Of a DNA stretch of 64,000 nt, positions 1 through 12,522 are shown piece after piece; the first letter of the stretch is position 1; each line of letters starts with the position of its first letter. The DNA comes from Paragordius varius. Taxonomy: Eukaryota > Animalia > Nematomorpha. Made by a program: the position numbers and the translations under genes. The notes below the pieces were generated by a model that had not been told where the DNA came from, ran no database searches, and worked only from the letters and a program-made list of their open reading frames with translations. Location: NCBI GenBank assembly GCA_964247055.1, contig OZ176055.1, positions 6,014,001 through 6,078,000 of the forward strand. Reading direction: 5' to 3'.

Positions 1-829
1 ATCAAACCTTAGCCACACGTGTTGTAAAAATACGTCTAATAGTATTCAACCCTTTTTGGTGTTACCACTTGATATTAGGGTATGATATGTATTTACATCA
101 AAATATCTCAAAATTTGGTAATATTTAAAAACTTTACAGTTTTTTGCATTATAGTTTTTAAGTATCTCACAGAATATAAATATTTTTTTGGATATTTACT
201 TATACACATAAAAATATAATTTATGTTATAATATTTTTTTATAATTAGTTTGATTCGAAACCCCAAACCCTAGCCAAAATCATCCAAGATACATTTGTCA
301 CAGAATACATAAATAGTTACATATGCCCTCAAACTAAACAAACGGTATCAACAATCTATATATATATACCAAATTTTTTACAAAAGGATAAAAATAGAGA
401 CATCTGGTTTATGAGTAAATCCTACCCCAATGTAAAACTAGGTTTGGTTTTATGATTTTAGGAGGAAAAGTTTACGATGGGTTAATTCAACGCGGTTCGG
501 TATAATATTAGTAAAAACTGCGATTTCGATTTAAATTTTTAAAAAATCCGTTCCTATTTAAATTTTTTATAAACTAAATTGGTTCTGGCTTTAACTACGC
601 AGGTTTTGATCACTTTTTCGGCTTCGATTTTTGAGCCCTGATTATATATATTTTTAACTTTTGTTTGTAATCATTTAAACATTAGAAGAGAACATTAGGA
701 CAGTTTGTTTTTACGTTCTAATGAAATTTTTTTCACAAATTTCAATAAAATCCACATTATACAAACGTCCTTTCTTTACAGAATTTGCCATAAATAAACC
801 AAAATATATATCCATTTACATTATAAAAG

Positions 830-2267
830 GTTCAAGCAAGAAAATCCTTATCGATTCATAAATTCCCCGAATATGCCTTAATTCTTCAACTCAAATGTTT
901 CAATAACATGACCCTAAATAATAATAACAACACCTTTCAAGGTCGAACCACAGACTCAAATGTAAGAAAGCATCACAAGCAGAAAACTAATTTTGATTCT
1001 AGTCCAATTAACAAGGCCTTACAAACCCATTCAAAATATACCATTACGACCACCAATGATAAGCCATATAATAAATCGAATCAATATATGCATCAAAACT
1101 CAATTACTCGCACGAATGAATCTCCCGCATCATCATACAAAAAAAGTTTTTTGTTTGGAATAGATATACCCTTGACATTCAATCCTAACCAATTATTTAA
1201 AGGTTATATAATTTTATATATATAAATATCTCAATCAAGCTAATTTGTATATCTTAAAAATTTAATTTTAACGTGGTTAAAGTCATTTTATAAATCCATA
1301 GATTGCCCAGCTTTCATATTTTAACGGCAAAATTTAACTAGTGTTTTAGAGGATCCGTTTTTATTTGGTGTCGGAAAACTTTATTTTAAACATTTCTAAG
1401 GGATATTTATATAAAAATGTTTAACAATAAGTTTTGATCCAGTTCTTTGTGAAATAGTTCTTTTCTTTCGATACAATCTGTTTTTAGCAGTTTAAGTTGT
1501 TAAAAATCCCTATCCTTATTATCCAAATTAAACGAGGACAGCCGGGTTTATTGGTTTCAATATCGAATAAGGTTCTAATGGGCTCATCCCGATTGTTTAA
1601 AATAGATTTTAGCTAGGGTTTTTTAGTTAGTTTGATAGATAAAAACTTAAACCTCAAAAATTTTACGTAATTGATTGTTTCATGTGTATCTACAGGTTTG
1701 ATTGACAAAACCTCGAGCAATATGGCAAGAAATTCTTCCGGTACAGAAACATACAAACTCCGAAGCCTAATTTGTCATCAAGGTTTAACCTTGTCCAAAG
1801 GGCATTATTTGACATACGTGAGATATAACTATTGTGTTTTTACCCCCAAAAAACTTGAAGAAATTAAGCAATTACTACACCCTTCCAATGATGCAAACGG
1901 TGATGTGAACAAACTTTGTTTTGACTTGGAAAGGTTTAAAAAGTTTAGGAATAAAGAAGTGGAAGTCTGGTATAAAATAAGTGATGATTGCATTGAAATT
2001 ATCCCAGATATCGAAATTGAGTTACATAATCAATTTTCTCCAGGTAGTAATAATAATAATAATCCAAAGGATTCAATTACGGACAAATCCCAAAATAGTA
2101 TGGAAAGGAGAAATAATAACTTAGTTCCATACCTTATAATTTACACGAAAGAAAAAATGCAAAATAGACTTTATCCAGCAAGGAAAGTTAGGCCATATCT
2201 GTATTTTAAATGGCTTGTTTTATTATACATGTCTGTAGCCATGTGTGAGATTTTTCGTTTTTATTAA
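830..2267 (+). CDS. USP1: USP1-like ubiquitin-specific protease, 3' part (exons 830-1202 and 1696-2267; 5' exons not identified)
   Basis: Exon 830-1202 reads VQARKSLSIHKFPEYALILQLKCF (LKCF as in USP1, not the usual LKRF). A phase-1 GT(1203)..AG(1695) intron joins LFK-G-LIDK. The last exon has the His box YKLRSLICHQGLTLSKGHY, then WYKISDD and PYLIIY (cf. USP1 TPYLLFY). AATAAA lies near 2510. Confidence 0.8.
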
Positions 2268-2668
2268 ACACTTTTTTGACATTGTGGAGAAAAATACAGT
2301 GTTGAATTAAATATATAACTAATGACAACATACATGTAAATTAAATACCCTTTTAGCGGTTTAAAATACAGATATGGCCTATAATAGCTATCTCGTTACT
2401 GTATACTATTTTATAATTCATATTTTTATATAGGTATGTAAGTACACATTAATTATTATTGTGATAGTGACATTTTATCTACCCATTTAATAATTGACCT
2501 CTTATTCAATAAATTTATTTATACCAATTTGTTACCATATATTTGGGTAATTAATTCGTAGTAGTAGAATGATTTATAGGATATAAATTTCCCAAAGTAT
2601 CTAATTAACTTTAACTTATATCTCTTTTATGTTTTGCCTTATTTTAAATTAAGGCGCATTGTGTAGGA

Positions 2669-3970
2669 CAGGGGTGTCCAAAAATGGCTTCTCGGGCCAC
2701 GTTTTACAAAAAAATTAGCAGGTTTTATCAAAATAATTAGCAAGTTTTAAATATTTTATGATATTTCAATTCAATCATGCGACTTACGGCATATATATAT
2801 ATATATGTGCTAATTTTATATTGTGTTGGCAATATTTGGAAAGACTTTATAATTGCGTACAGTTAACTCTTAAAATAAAATTTGAAAATAATTATCTTTA
2901 CGGTTTTCGTCTATAAAAATTTTAAAGTAAAATTATAATTCTTATTTTAAAGAACTCATATCACTTTACGAAATCTAATTAGGGGTAATATGCGGTATGT
3001 ATAACTAATTAACGATCTTATAACCCAGTTTTCAAAAGGGGGCGTAGAAAAATTTGGAGAATTGACCTTAATTATATGTTATTAAACATAATATTTATTA
3101 TTATTTGGTAATTGGTTTATTTTATTTAATATTATTTTTAACTTATAAAGTTACAGTATTGGTAAGTTATCATTATTAGATTATTAAATTCAGACATATT
3201 GTATTTAATTATATTTTCTTTTACTGGTTCTTAATATACCATTTTTCATGTAAAAACAACATTTTTTTAACCAAGACAACCTTTCATCAATCATACGGAA
3301 CATTTTTAAAATTAAAAACATTTTTTTATTTTATGCAAATTTAATTATATATTATATATTTATTTAATTTTAAGTTAATGTAATTATATTTTATATTTCA
3401 ATTATGATTTTTATTGTTTAATCATCAATATTTGATGGTAAATTAATTTTCAAACATTTTTGTTTTGCTCATAAATTGCATTATTTATTTTTATTATTTT
3501 TTTCTTTTACAACGTTAATTTCACCTATTCAATCAATTTATACAATTTACACTTCAAGAGTGTGTTTTTAAAGTTGTCCTTCATTTAAAGTTGGTCCTTA
3601 CATTTTTTGCAGTTTGCCTACAATCGTTTGTAGGTAATGATCTATTTTTTTAATTAACCTAATCAAATTAATATTTTTATAGTAAAAACAACTTTATTTG
3701 CTTCAAACTAATTTTCTTTAATTTAACAATATTATAAACTTATTAATGTTTTAATTAAATATTACAATCAATATCCCACAAAACTTATTTTTCATATAGG
3801 TAAAAAATTTTTTATAGAAAATAATAAGGATATACGGTTCTTTTGAAAAAAAGTTGGTATTCAGTAAAAAAGTTTAGGTTAAATAAAGAGAATAGGATTA
3901 AAATGAGAGGATAGATGAATATTTTATTGCTTCAAAAAACATTTGGACGGCCGCATGTTGGACATTTCTG
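2669..3970. mobile_element. Non-autonomous hAT (Buster/Charlie-like) element, ~1.3 kb
   Basis: Left end CAGGGGTGTCCAA at 2669; right end GGCCGCATGTTGGACATTTCTG ending at 3970. Flanks GTGTAGGA (2661-2668) and CTGTAGGA (3971-3978) are a 7/8 TSD match with central TA. Confidence 0.7.
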
Positions 3971-5284
3971 CTGTAGGATATTAGTTTACTTTTTATATAA
4001 TGGCTTATTTTTTGTTTGATAAAATTAAAAACAAAGAGATTGGGTTTAATTTAATACATATATTGAACAAATTTAGGAACAATTAAAATAATATATTTTT
4101 TCATTAAATATTTTTTATATATTTGATGCTGGCCATATTCATATCACACTATTTCAAATATATAACTGTATTTACTGTTAATTTTTTAGATGATTTCTAC
4201 GCGAGGACATAATTTTCATAGAACGAGATCATAATAGAAACACAGTTTAGAATATAAGTATCAAATTAAATACCATATTTAAAGAGTTTTTTTATACATA
4301 TAATTGACGGATTATTTTATGATAATTTATCTTTTTGCCAATTAATAATGTTAACTTTGGGGTTCATAACCTTTTTTTTAACACATTCCTACATAGATGT
4401 TTTGTGATTGATTACAATTTTTAGATTACAAAATAAGACTACTAAAATGGGAATATGATAATTAAGCATAATTGAATATTTTGGTAGATATCCATAGCCA
4501 TACATTAATAGGATTTTATTCCCTGTAGATAGGGAAGGGTTCGTTCTGTCCATAAAAAAATGAGTTTTTCACTCCTCCTTAAAAACTTATTATTAGTATA
4601 CCAATTTTTTTGTAATAATATTGTAAAATTATGTTAGATAACAATTACATGTTGATAATATTGCGGGGATTCGCTAAAAATTACAAACATTTGCATAAAG
4701 TTCAAAGAAGGGTTTTACATTCCCGAACCATAAATTTTTTAATTTAATCATATATGTTAATATGAAAAAAATAGTTTGTTTTTGTTATTACTATTATTAT
4801 AAATCTATTAATTAAATATACCACATATATTGAATAAAAGTATGATGATCATTGTTGGCTTAAATGTATCAAATAATACAGAAATGATGCTATATTTTAT
4901 GTCCTAATAAAATTCAGCTTCAAAATTCTAAACTAAATTGGTCTTTTTGAAAAAATCCTTCATTACATACTTATGGAATATATAGCACACTTTAGATAAA
5001 GATTGAATGTTAAATAAAATCCTTTAAGATTTATGTGTTATTTTTTAAATTAAATTTTTACCGTAACTCTGAGCGCTTTTAATATCAAGCAAGCAGTTAA
5101 TTTTATAAATTACGCATTAATCACATATCCATCTCTGTTTTCTAAATTAACATTAATAATAGGGAAAATTGCTTTTATAAAACGCGGACAGGTAAGCTTA
5201 ATATGATTGGCAAATACCAATTTTATAACATAAAGATTTAAATAAGATTCTAATTAAATTGTCCTTTAAATATATAATATAATC

Positions 5285-5350
5285 ACTAGCGTAAATCTCG
5301 TGCCCGAGGAAGTCCTTCAGACTTTTTTTGGGAGGGGGGGGATATTTGAA
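5285..5350 (+). repeat. Dispersed repeat end, also present inverted at ~33700-33757
   Basis: ACTAGCGTAAATCTCGT...GGGAGGGGGG here matches the reverse complement of CCCCCCTCC...ACGAGATTTACGCTAGT in a RhoGEF intron. Confidence 0.55.
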
Positions 5351-5459
5351 AAAAGGGATTAATAAAATGATCCATATATGTGGATTATTTCGAAACATTA
5401 TTTAATACTATGATCTCATAGGATTTTCTAAATGTTGCATTCATACTAATATATTGTTT

Positions 5460-6400
5460 ACTGGTGTAAAGGCCCCAAATTGATGGCAAACGGAAAACAC
5501 CGCTATACTATAATTTTTACCTTTTTATGCGTAATATTTAAAGCCTTTATTGAACTCGTGGCTTCTTAAGTTTTGAAAATTATATCCAATGCCACACCAT
5601 TTTTGTATGGCGTCTTTGTTTTAAACCGGTAGACCCCTACCCGTAGGCCTATATGGAAAAAGCGCTGAGACCATCGTCTCATGGGTTATTCGAAAAAATA
5701 CCTCAACACTAAATAATCATTATATGATGGCGTATTAGACATAAAGGCCCCAAATTAACGGTTAATAAATAAAGGCCTGACCTTAATTTTTACCTAGTTA
5801 CGGGTAATATTTCGGACTTTACATAAGCTCATGTGGCATAAGTTTTCTTTAAAATAGTTCCAAAACAACCTAATTTTTATACAGTGGCGAAGTTTTACTC
5901 CCTACCCAGAGGCTGATACAAAAAAAGCGTTGGAGTAAAATTTTTGCCTTTTAACAGGGAATACGTGGAATCCTTATTGAATTTTTACGGTCTCATACCT
6001 TGGGCGAAAAATAGAATCAAAAAATTTTTTGTGGACTTTGTTTTTGAAAAAAAATGGCATTTTACGGGGGGATCGGGTAAAAAGAGGCCTTAATTAAAAA
6101 AGCGAGCAGACTATGTTCGGCGCAATCGAAAATAAACAAAAATTATATTTGAAATTGAATGGTCCAACACGTTCTCCGGAAAATTGTCTCAAAGACACGA
6201 TTTTTGTGGACTTCGTTTTCAAAAAAAAACCGTTTTTTACACGGGGTGGGCCCCAACTGGGGGCCTAATTCAAAAAAGGGCGAAGCTATTGTCCAATCAT
6301 TCATTAATGATTATATTTTTTCGATATTTGGATTTGAATGGGTCTACCGGTTTTCCGGAAACAGATCACATGGCCAGTATTTTCCATTTTTAAAAATATA
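5460..6400. repeat. Degenerate tandem duplications (two ~270-bp units followed by two ~177-bp units)
   Basis: AAAGGCCCCAAATT at 5468 and 5743; AAAAAGCG at ~5657 and ~5922; TTTTGTGGACTT..TTT at ~6027 and ~6202; TTGAATGG..C...CCGGAAA at ~6155 and ~6334. Confidence 0.6.
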
Positions 6401-9400
6401 TAAATTATTGTAATAATTATCTTCTTAATTTTGATGATAAGGGTTACTAGTTTGCAATAAGTCGCATGATACAATTCTAAATTTGGTATTTTTTAACTAT
6501 TAAATAACTAAAAAATTATTTATAATATGTTTCAAAGGACCAAAACTTTTGCTTCTTTCAAAACAAAATTGGTAAAATAGGTTTAGGATAGTATCATTTA
6601 TAATAGAAAAATAATGCTTATTAAAACCATTTTAATTGAAATCAGGTTGCATTATAGCGTGGCTTCCATCCATCTTTTGCGATGGTTTTCTCCAGGGATT
6701 GCAACCTATACCATTAATCTTTGGAAGCATTTTGAATTTACAAAACAATTCAAAAAACTCAAATAAAAATAAATAATACATTTAATTTTTAATTTCCACA
6801 CAAGGAGTAAACCTTATTTTTTTATTTTATTCTATTTTATTTGAATCTTGTTTTCGGGGTTTCAGGTAAAAGGAGAATATAATAACTTTGTATAGCTTAT
6901 ATCTGAGATTCGAACCGGTTTAAAAAATTTTGAAGCGATGTGGTTCTTAAACGGTCGAAACCGGAGACAGAATGGTTTCAAAGAAATCGAAAATGGAGCA
7001 GGGTGATTCCTTAAAAATATAACGGTTCAAGAAGAGCTTCTTTACATTTGAAACCGGATTCATTTCGGTTCCAAACTTATCATTAAATGATATTCATACA
7101 ACAGTTTTATAATAATTTAATAAACTAAAATATCAATAATTGTAAATCAAGTATAAATTTTTAGAAAAATTAAATGGCCAAATGTATAAGTAACAAAGGT
7201 AGGTAGTAAGTGTAATTGTATTCACTATCGCATCTATGGAGTAAATCTTATTTAACATTAAAACATCATTGTGCCAAGCAAATCGGTCATCAGACTACTA
7301 CTCAGATCCGAAAATATAAAATTTAGCGTAAAAAAGTTCCTTTCTCCGTTATATGTAACCGCTATAACGTAACCTTACATGATAAATTAAGATTTTTAAA
7401 TCTGCAGCCAAAAATCTTAAAGGCCTAATGTAACCATGTACCGCGGTTTGAGTACACTGATACACATTGTGTGCTCATTTTTTATGTTTTCGGTAATTTA
7501 TGGACCCGGTAGTTTATAATTTTTTCCAGATTCATTAATTAAATGTTCTTAATCTATGTCTATATATCAAAAATCTAATAAATCACTAGGTCTATGGTTT
7601 TCCCACAACTGTTAAATGTAAGATAATCAAAAAATCAATATGGTATTTCAATTTTAATAGGTTACGAGGAAAAATGTTATCATATGATTAATTTTTTAAA
7701 AAAATAATATTTAAACAATAAATTTACAAATTATAGTGGTCATTACATTTTGATGGGAAACTAATTGTTATATACTATACAAATTAATAATAAATGATAA
7801 TTTTAGCGATGACTTATTTTTTGTTCAAAAAATAAAACCATATGGGAACCACTTATTTTGGTGGTAGAACCGGAGCCGAACTGGTTCCTGGAGGGTTAGA
7901 ACTAAGCTAATTCCTAGAATTTGAAAATGGAATGGAGGTCGTTCCCGACTCCTGCTGAAATCTGAGGAACTGGGTTACGGTTCGATGTGTGCCCCCTTCC
8001 GTTGGCTTATGTGCTTATATTTTATTGACTTAACTAAGTTTAAAAAGGTGTTATCGAAGTTAATACCATTTGACTGAAAAAGTGACAGAAAAAATAATTA
8101 AAAACCGGAGCCATTATCAATTTTTTCCTAGAAAAATTTATCAAACCATGAGGGAAACTGCACCGGTTTCATACAAATTGCTACATTTGTTTAAAATATT
8201 AAATGCTGTAGTCAATGATGTGTCTTTCTTTTGATTAATTTTTAATTCTCATCACATTGGCTTACGTTTTAAGGGTACTATTATAGGTCTCAATAATTAT
8301 CTCACGAATAATATGGATGTTTAATTAAGTTGCAATTTAACCGTAACATTCGCGGCCTCCCTTATTAAATTATCCTCTCTTATTTGCTTTAAAATAATAT
8401 TGTTTAAAAGAATTTGATCATCAAAATATACATAAATCAATTAATGTTAATTATTAAGTATTATTTTTTTCACAATAATAATTCCAAAAATTTAATTAAA
8501 TTTATATTTATAATTAAATTGTCATTTAAACCAACTCAAGTTAGTATACTAGTTTTTTTCTATTTTTAATTTGAATATACAAACAAATAATCTGATACAA
8601 TAGCTAAGTGAATGAATAAATACAACACAAGAAGAATTGCCAATGTGCGAAAATTGATTGAAAACAGATCTTATTAAATTACTAATTAATTTTGCGCGTA
8701 GCTGATATAAAAATGTTATTCGCAGATATTTTTATAGGCTACACTAGACTTATTAATGTATTACAATTTTGAAAATTTTATATAAAAAAACGTTTTTTTT
8801 GGCTGCCATTATAAACAAAAACTACTAGTTTGAAAAGGCAGAAAAAATTCTAATTAATCATGAGACAAATTCAACTTCTTTTTGGTATCTCTAAGTTAAG
8901 TAGAAAAAGACACATAACATATTAGCAAATTATAATTTTAGTTTCTCTAAATAATAATCAATAATCTCTGTGATGTGGTCGTTTTTTTTGTTAGTTACTT
9001 AATGCCATACCAATCGAGAAATTATCAAATCCAATCCATTTTTTCCTAACATTAAAATTTTTTTTTTTAAAAAAAGGCGGAGGAGTATGATAAAAATCTT
9101 AAATTTTAAATTGCCCAGAAGTAATTATTATAGAGATAGAAGATAACATGTTTTTTACTGTTTTTTTAAAAAGATGGATGGTTTCATCATAAAATATTGG
9201 AAAAATTGATTAGATATTGTGATGCTGAGACAAACTAATTCACTAATCAAATCGATACGTCAATAAATGTTAGGCAAAAAAATAAAAATATTTTTAATTT
9301 TTAACATAAAACTAAACTTTTTAAGCAAATAATATTTAGCATGCTCATCTCTTTCATTGCTACATTCTCATATTTTTAATTACTATTGTGCGGTGTGAGA

Positions 9401-12196
9401 CAGTGATGTCCAACAACAATTTCTAATGTCAATTCATTTTTTTGTTATCTCTTATTATAATGGATAAATTTGTAATTCAAACAACTTTTTATGTGAATTT
9501 AAATCAAATATATATTATTACATCATTATTTTATGGAATGAAATGTGGTCAAGAAGAAAGAATATTTTGTGATAATTTATGATTCTTATATCAAATTTTA
9601 GGTAAGACATATATCTTTCTTACCATCCTAACGGTCACTGCACATGTACAAATTATTTTATAGCAACAAATTATTCTTAAGATATTGATTGTACATGCAC
9701 TCAGATTAATGATAATCCTCGAAAATTGATCTACTTAGAAGAAATATTAAAAACTTATCACAATTTTAGTTAATATATCTATCGATTGGATTTCCGCCGG
9801 TATTTAGCATACGTTTTAACAATTTTTTTATCCATCGAAAATTTTTTTATACACAAAAATTTAATTTGTGTTTCCTTAATTATTTTTTTCACGAAAAAAA
9901 AGCAGTATCCTCACAATGGCATCCAAAATCTGTTGGATGAAATTCTTATAGGAGAAAAAACAATTACGGACCAATATTTAATTAACACATCGTTATTTGA
10001 ATTAGCGCCAAAGGATTAATTTAAAATAAGATATATTCATTCAACTCCTATACTAAATACTTTATTATATCTTTTGTTTGCAATTTCCAATTTCCGATAT
10101 ATCAGATAAAATACCATCATTCCATTTCATTCCATATTTCATTTGATTCGATATTTATTAATTTTTATTATATTTCAAAATTAACTAATCCAGCTGGTAT
10201 TGGAGCTACTTTTTTTACTTAGGTATAATAAAAAAATATAAGAAAAATAATAATAAAAAAATAATTAAGTTTGATGGGGAATTTTAGAGAAGCAACAAAA
10301 AAACCGTTAAAACAACAACGAAATAAAATTCTTGGATTAACAATACATAATATGAATGGAAAATGGAATAAAAAAATAATTAGCTAAATCACCCTCCATA
10401 TTACATCAAATTAATACGAGAAAAGCAAAAATTTAATTAAATTTTTTGTGCCCGGAATTTATGCCAAAAGAAAAAAACGACCATTATTCATTATCCATTA
10501 TTTAATTTTAATTTCACCAAAATTATCTTTAAACTGAATTTGAATAAAAAATGAATATATAATATAATCGCGAAATAAACAAAATTTTGAATAAATGTTT
10601 TAACCTACTCTCCCCAACCTAACCTGTAATGTAATACGGCCAAACAAAATAAATAATTTCAATAAACTTAATATGGAGTATGTTTAGAATGTTCACACCT
10701 AAAAACTCTGTGAAAAGCAAGCAAAATGATTAGTTATCAACAGAATATAACTGCACAGCAAACGAAATTGGGCATTATACTCATTCAATATATTCGATTA
10801 CTCAAAAGGTAAATTATATCTTTTTGTTTTTGTTTGGAAATTTAAATTCGAGCCCGTATGATACTAAAACCGTGGGCCTAAATGATCTTTTATAGCCCTG
10901 AAATATATATTTAATTTTTTAATGTCGTAGAGTATATAAATATATGTTTATGTGTCAAACGACAGCTAGCTATTATCGGTATTTTATACTGTACGGCCAC
11001 TTGAAACAAAAAATATGATTAATGTGGCCCTTTAAATTCTTTTGTTGAGTACAATTGATTTGGGTATAACTTTTTTTTATAATTTTCCACAAGGCTTTCC
11101 ATATTCACATATTTGTAAGTAGAATTGGGTGTGTTTTAGCGGTCAAAAATAATAACCTGGTCTGTTATGAATCAATTATTATTTATAATAGTGTGATAAA
11201 AAAAGCTATAATTAAAAATTCATAACGATAAAGTTTAACAATTTTTTAGATGAAAATTATTGGTTTTTATATAATTATTTTTATCATGTGATAAACGTAT
11301 TATTTAAAGATTGTTAACCAGTTATTTTTAATAGCGATCATATTTGTAACTTCTTGCTTCTAAATTTTTTTAAACATTTAATTAAAAATATACAAATTTT
11401 TTAATTTTTTATAGGAGAATCAATTAAAATAATATATTCCTTAAAATAAAACAAAAACTCTGATAAATGGTAATGGCTTATTTTTTGTTTATAGTTTCAA
11501 CTGGGGGTAGTTTTCATATCGTTAAAAAGAGGGATAACTGGGCTCAATTATTTATGCAATCTATGGACTTTTAGGTGCAAATAAAGAAAATGTAAAAACA
11601 CCATAAAACATCCATAAAATTTTTTAGAGTTTTAATTCGTTAATAATACTCAAAAATTTATGATTAAGCAAATTTTTAATAGATTCGCTTCTCATGATTA
11701 AAGTTTGGAGCTATAAACACTGTAGAAGTTACGAAAATAAAAAAGTTGAGCTTTCTTTAATAAAAAAGGGAATGCTGGATGACAATTTTTTTAATTGTTA
11801 TATTATAGTATTTTATTATAATTTTCACTCCCTTGGGACCAAACATACCACTCCAAAATATATCTTTATATTAGAAAATATTGATGTGTAATTAAGTCTT
11901 ACCCAAATCCAAACGAATAATTTAATAAAGATAAATACGTAACGAAAACGCAGATAAACTTATTCAAAAAATTTGCCTAAAAAATATTTAATTTTATTTA
12001 AGATTTTTTAAGTCTGTTTTTATAATTCATTTACAAATTTTTGTGGGCCCCACATAAAGTTTCGGAAAGTGTCGCCCCTGATCAAAACAGAAAAATTGTA
12101 TTATTTATCTAATGCACATATGATAATGTTGACTAATTTTTATTTCGAGGTTTTTATCCATAAAAAATGCAATATCAAGTTTTTAATGAATATATA

Positions 12197-12521
12197 CCAT
12201 TTACACTTCAAAATTAAACAATTAAAATTCACCCTGAAATATATTATTTTTTTTAAGATTTAAAATACTTGTATTTTTGATATTTCTAAAAATATGAAAT
12301 TATGTTTAAAATAAAAATATACTGAAAAAATAATAAACTTATGCCATAAAGATATATCTCATAAAAAATATGAAATTTTGTTTAAAATAAAAATATACTG
12401 AAAAATTAATAAACTTTTGCCATAAAGATATATCTCATATTAATGATAAGTTATATTAGATCGAAAACACAATTTAATTTTAGGGGATTTTTAATTGTTT
12501 AAGGGAGAATTTGAATCATGG
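12197..12521. mobile_element. CCATTTAC-family MITE (copy A, with internal ~80-bp duplication)
   Basis: TATA|CCATTTACACTTC ... GAATTTGAATCATGG|TATA. The internal core ATACTGAAAAA..TAAACTT.TGCCATAAAGAT occurs twice, followed by ATTAGA.CGAAAACAC shared with the other copies. Confidence 0.75.
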
Positions 12522-12522
12522 T

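Noticed and set aside
10710-10733. Another 24-nt GT..AG that would remove a TAG after ATG 10689
   Set aside because: The product is phase 0, incompatible with acceptors 16348 and 16497. It has no homology support and an unusually purine-rich composition.
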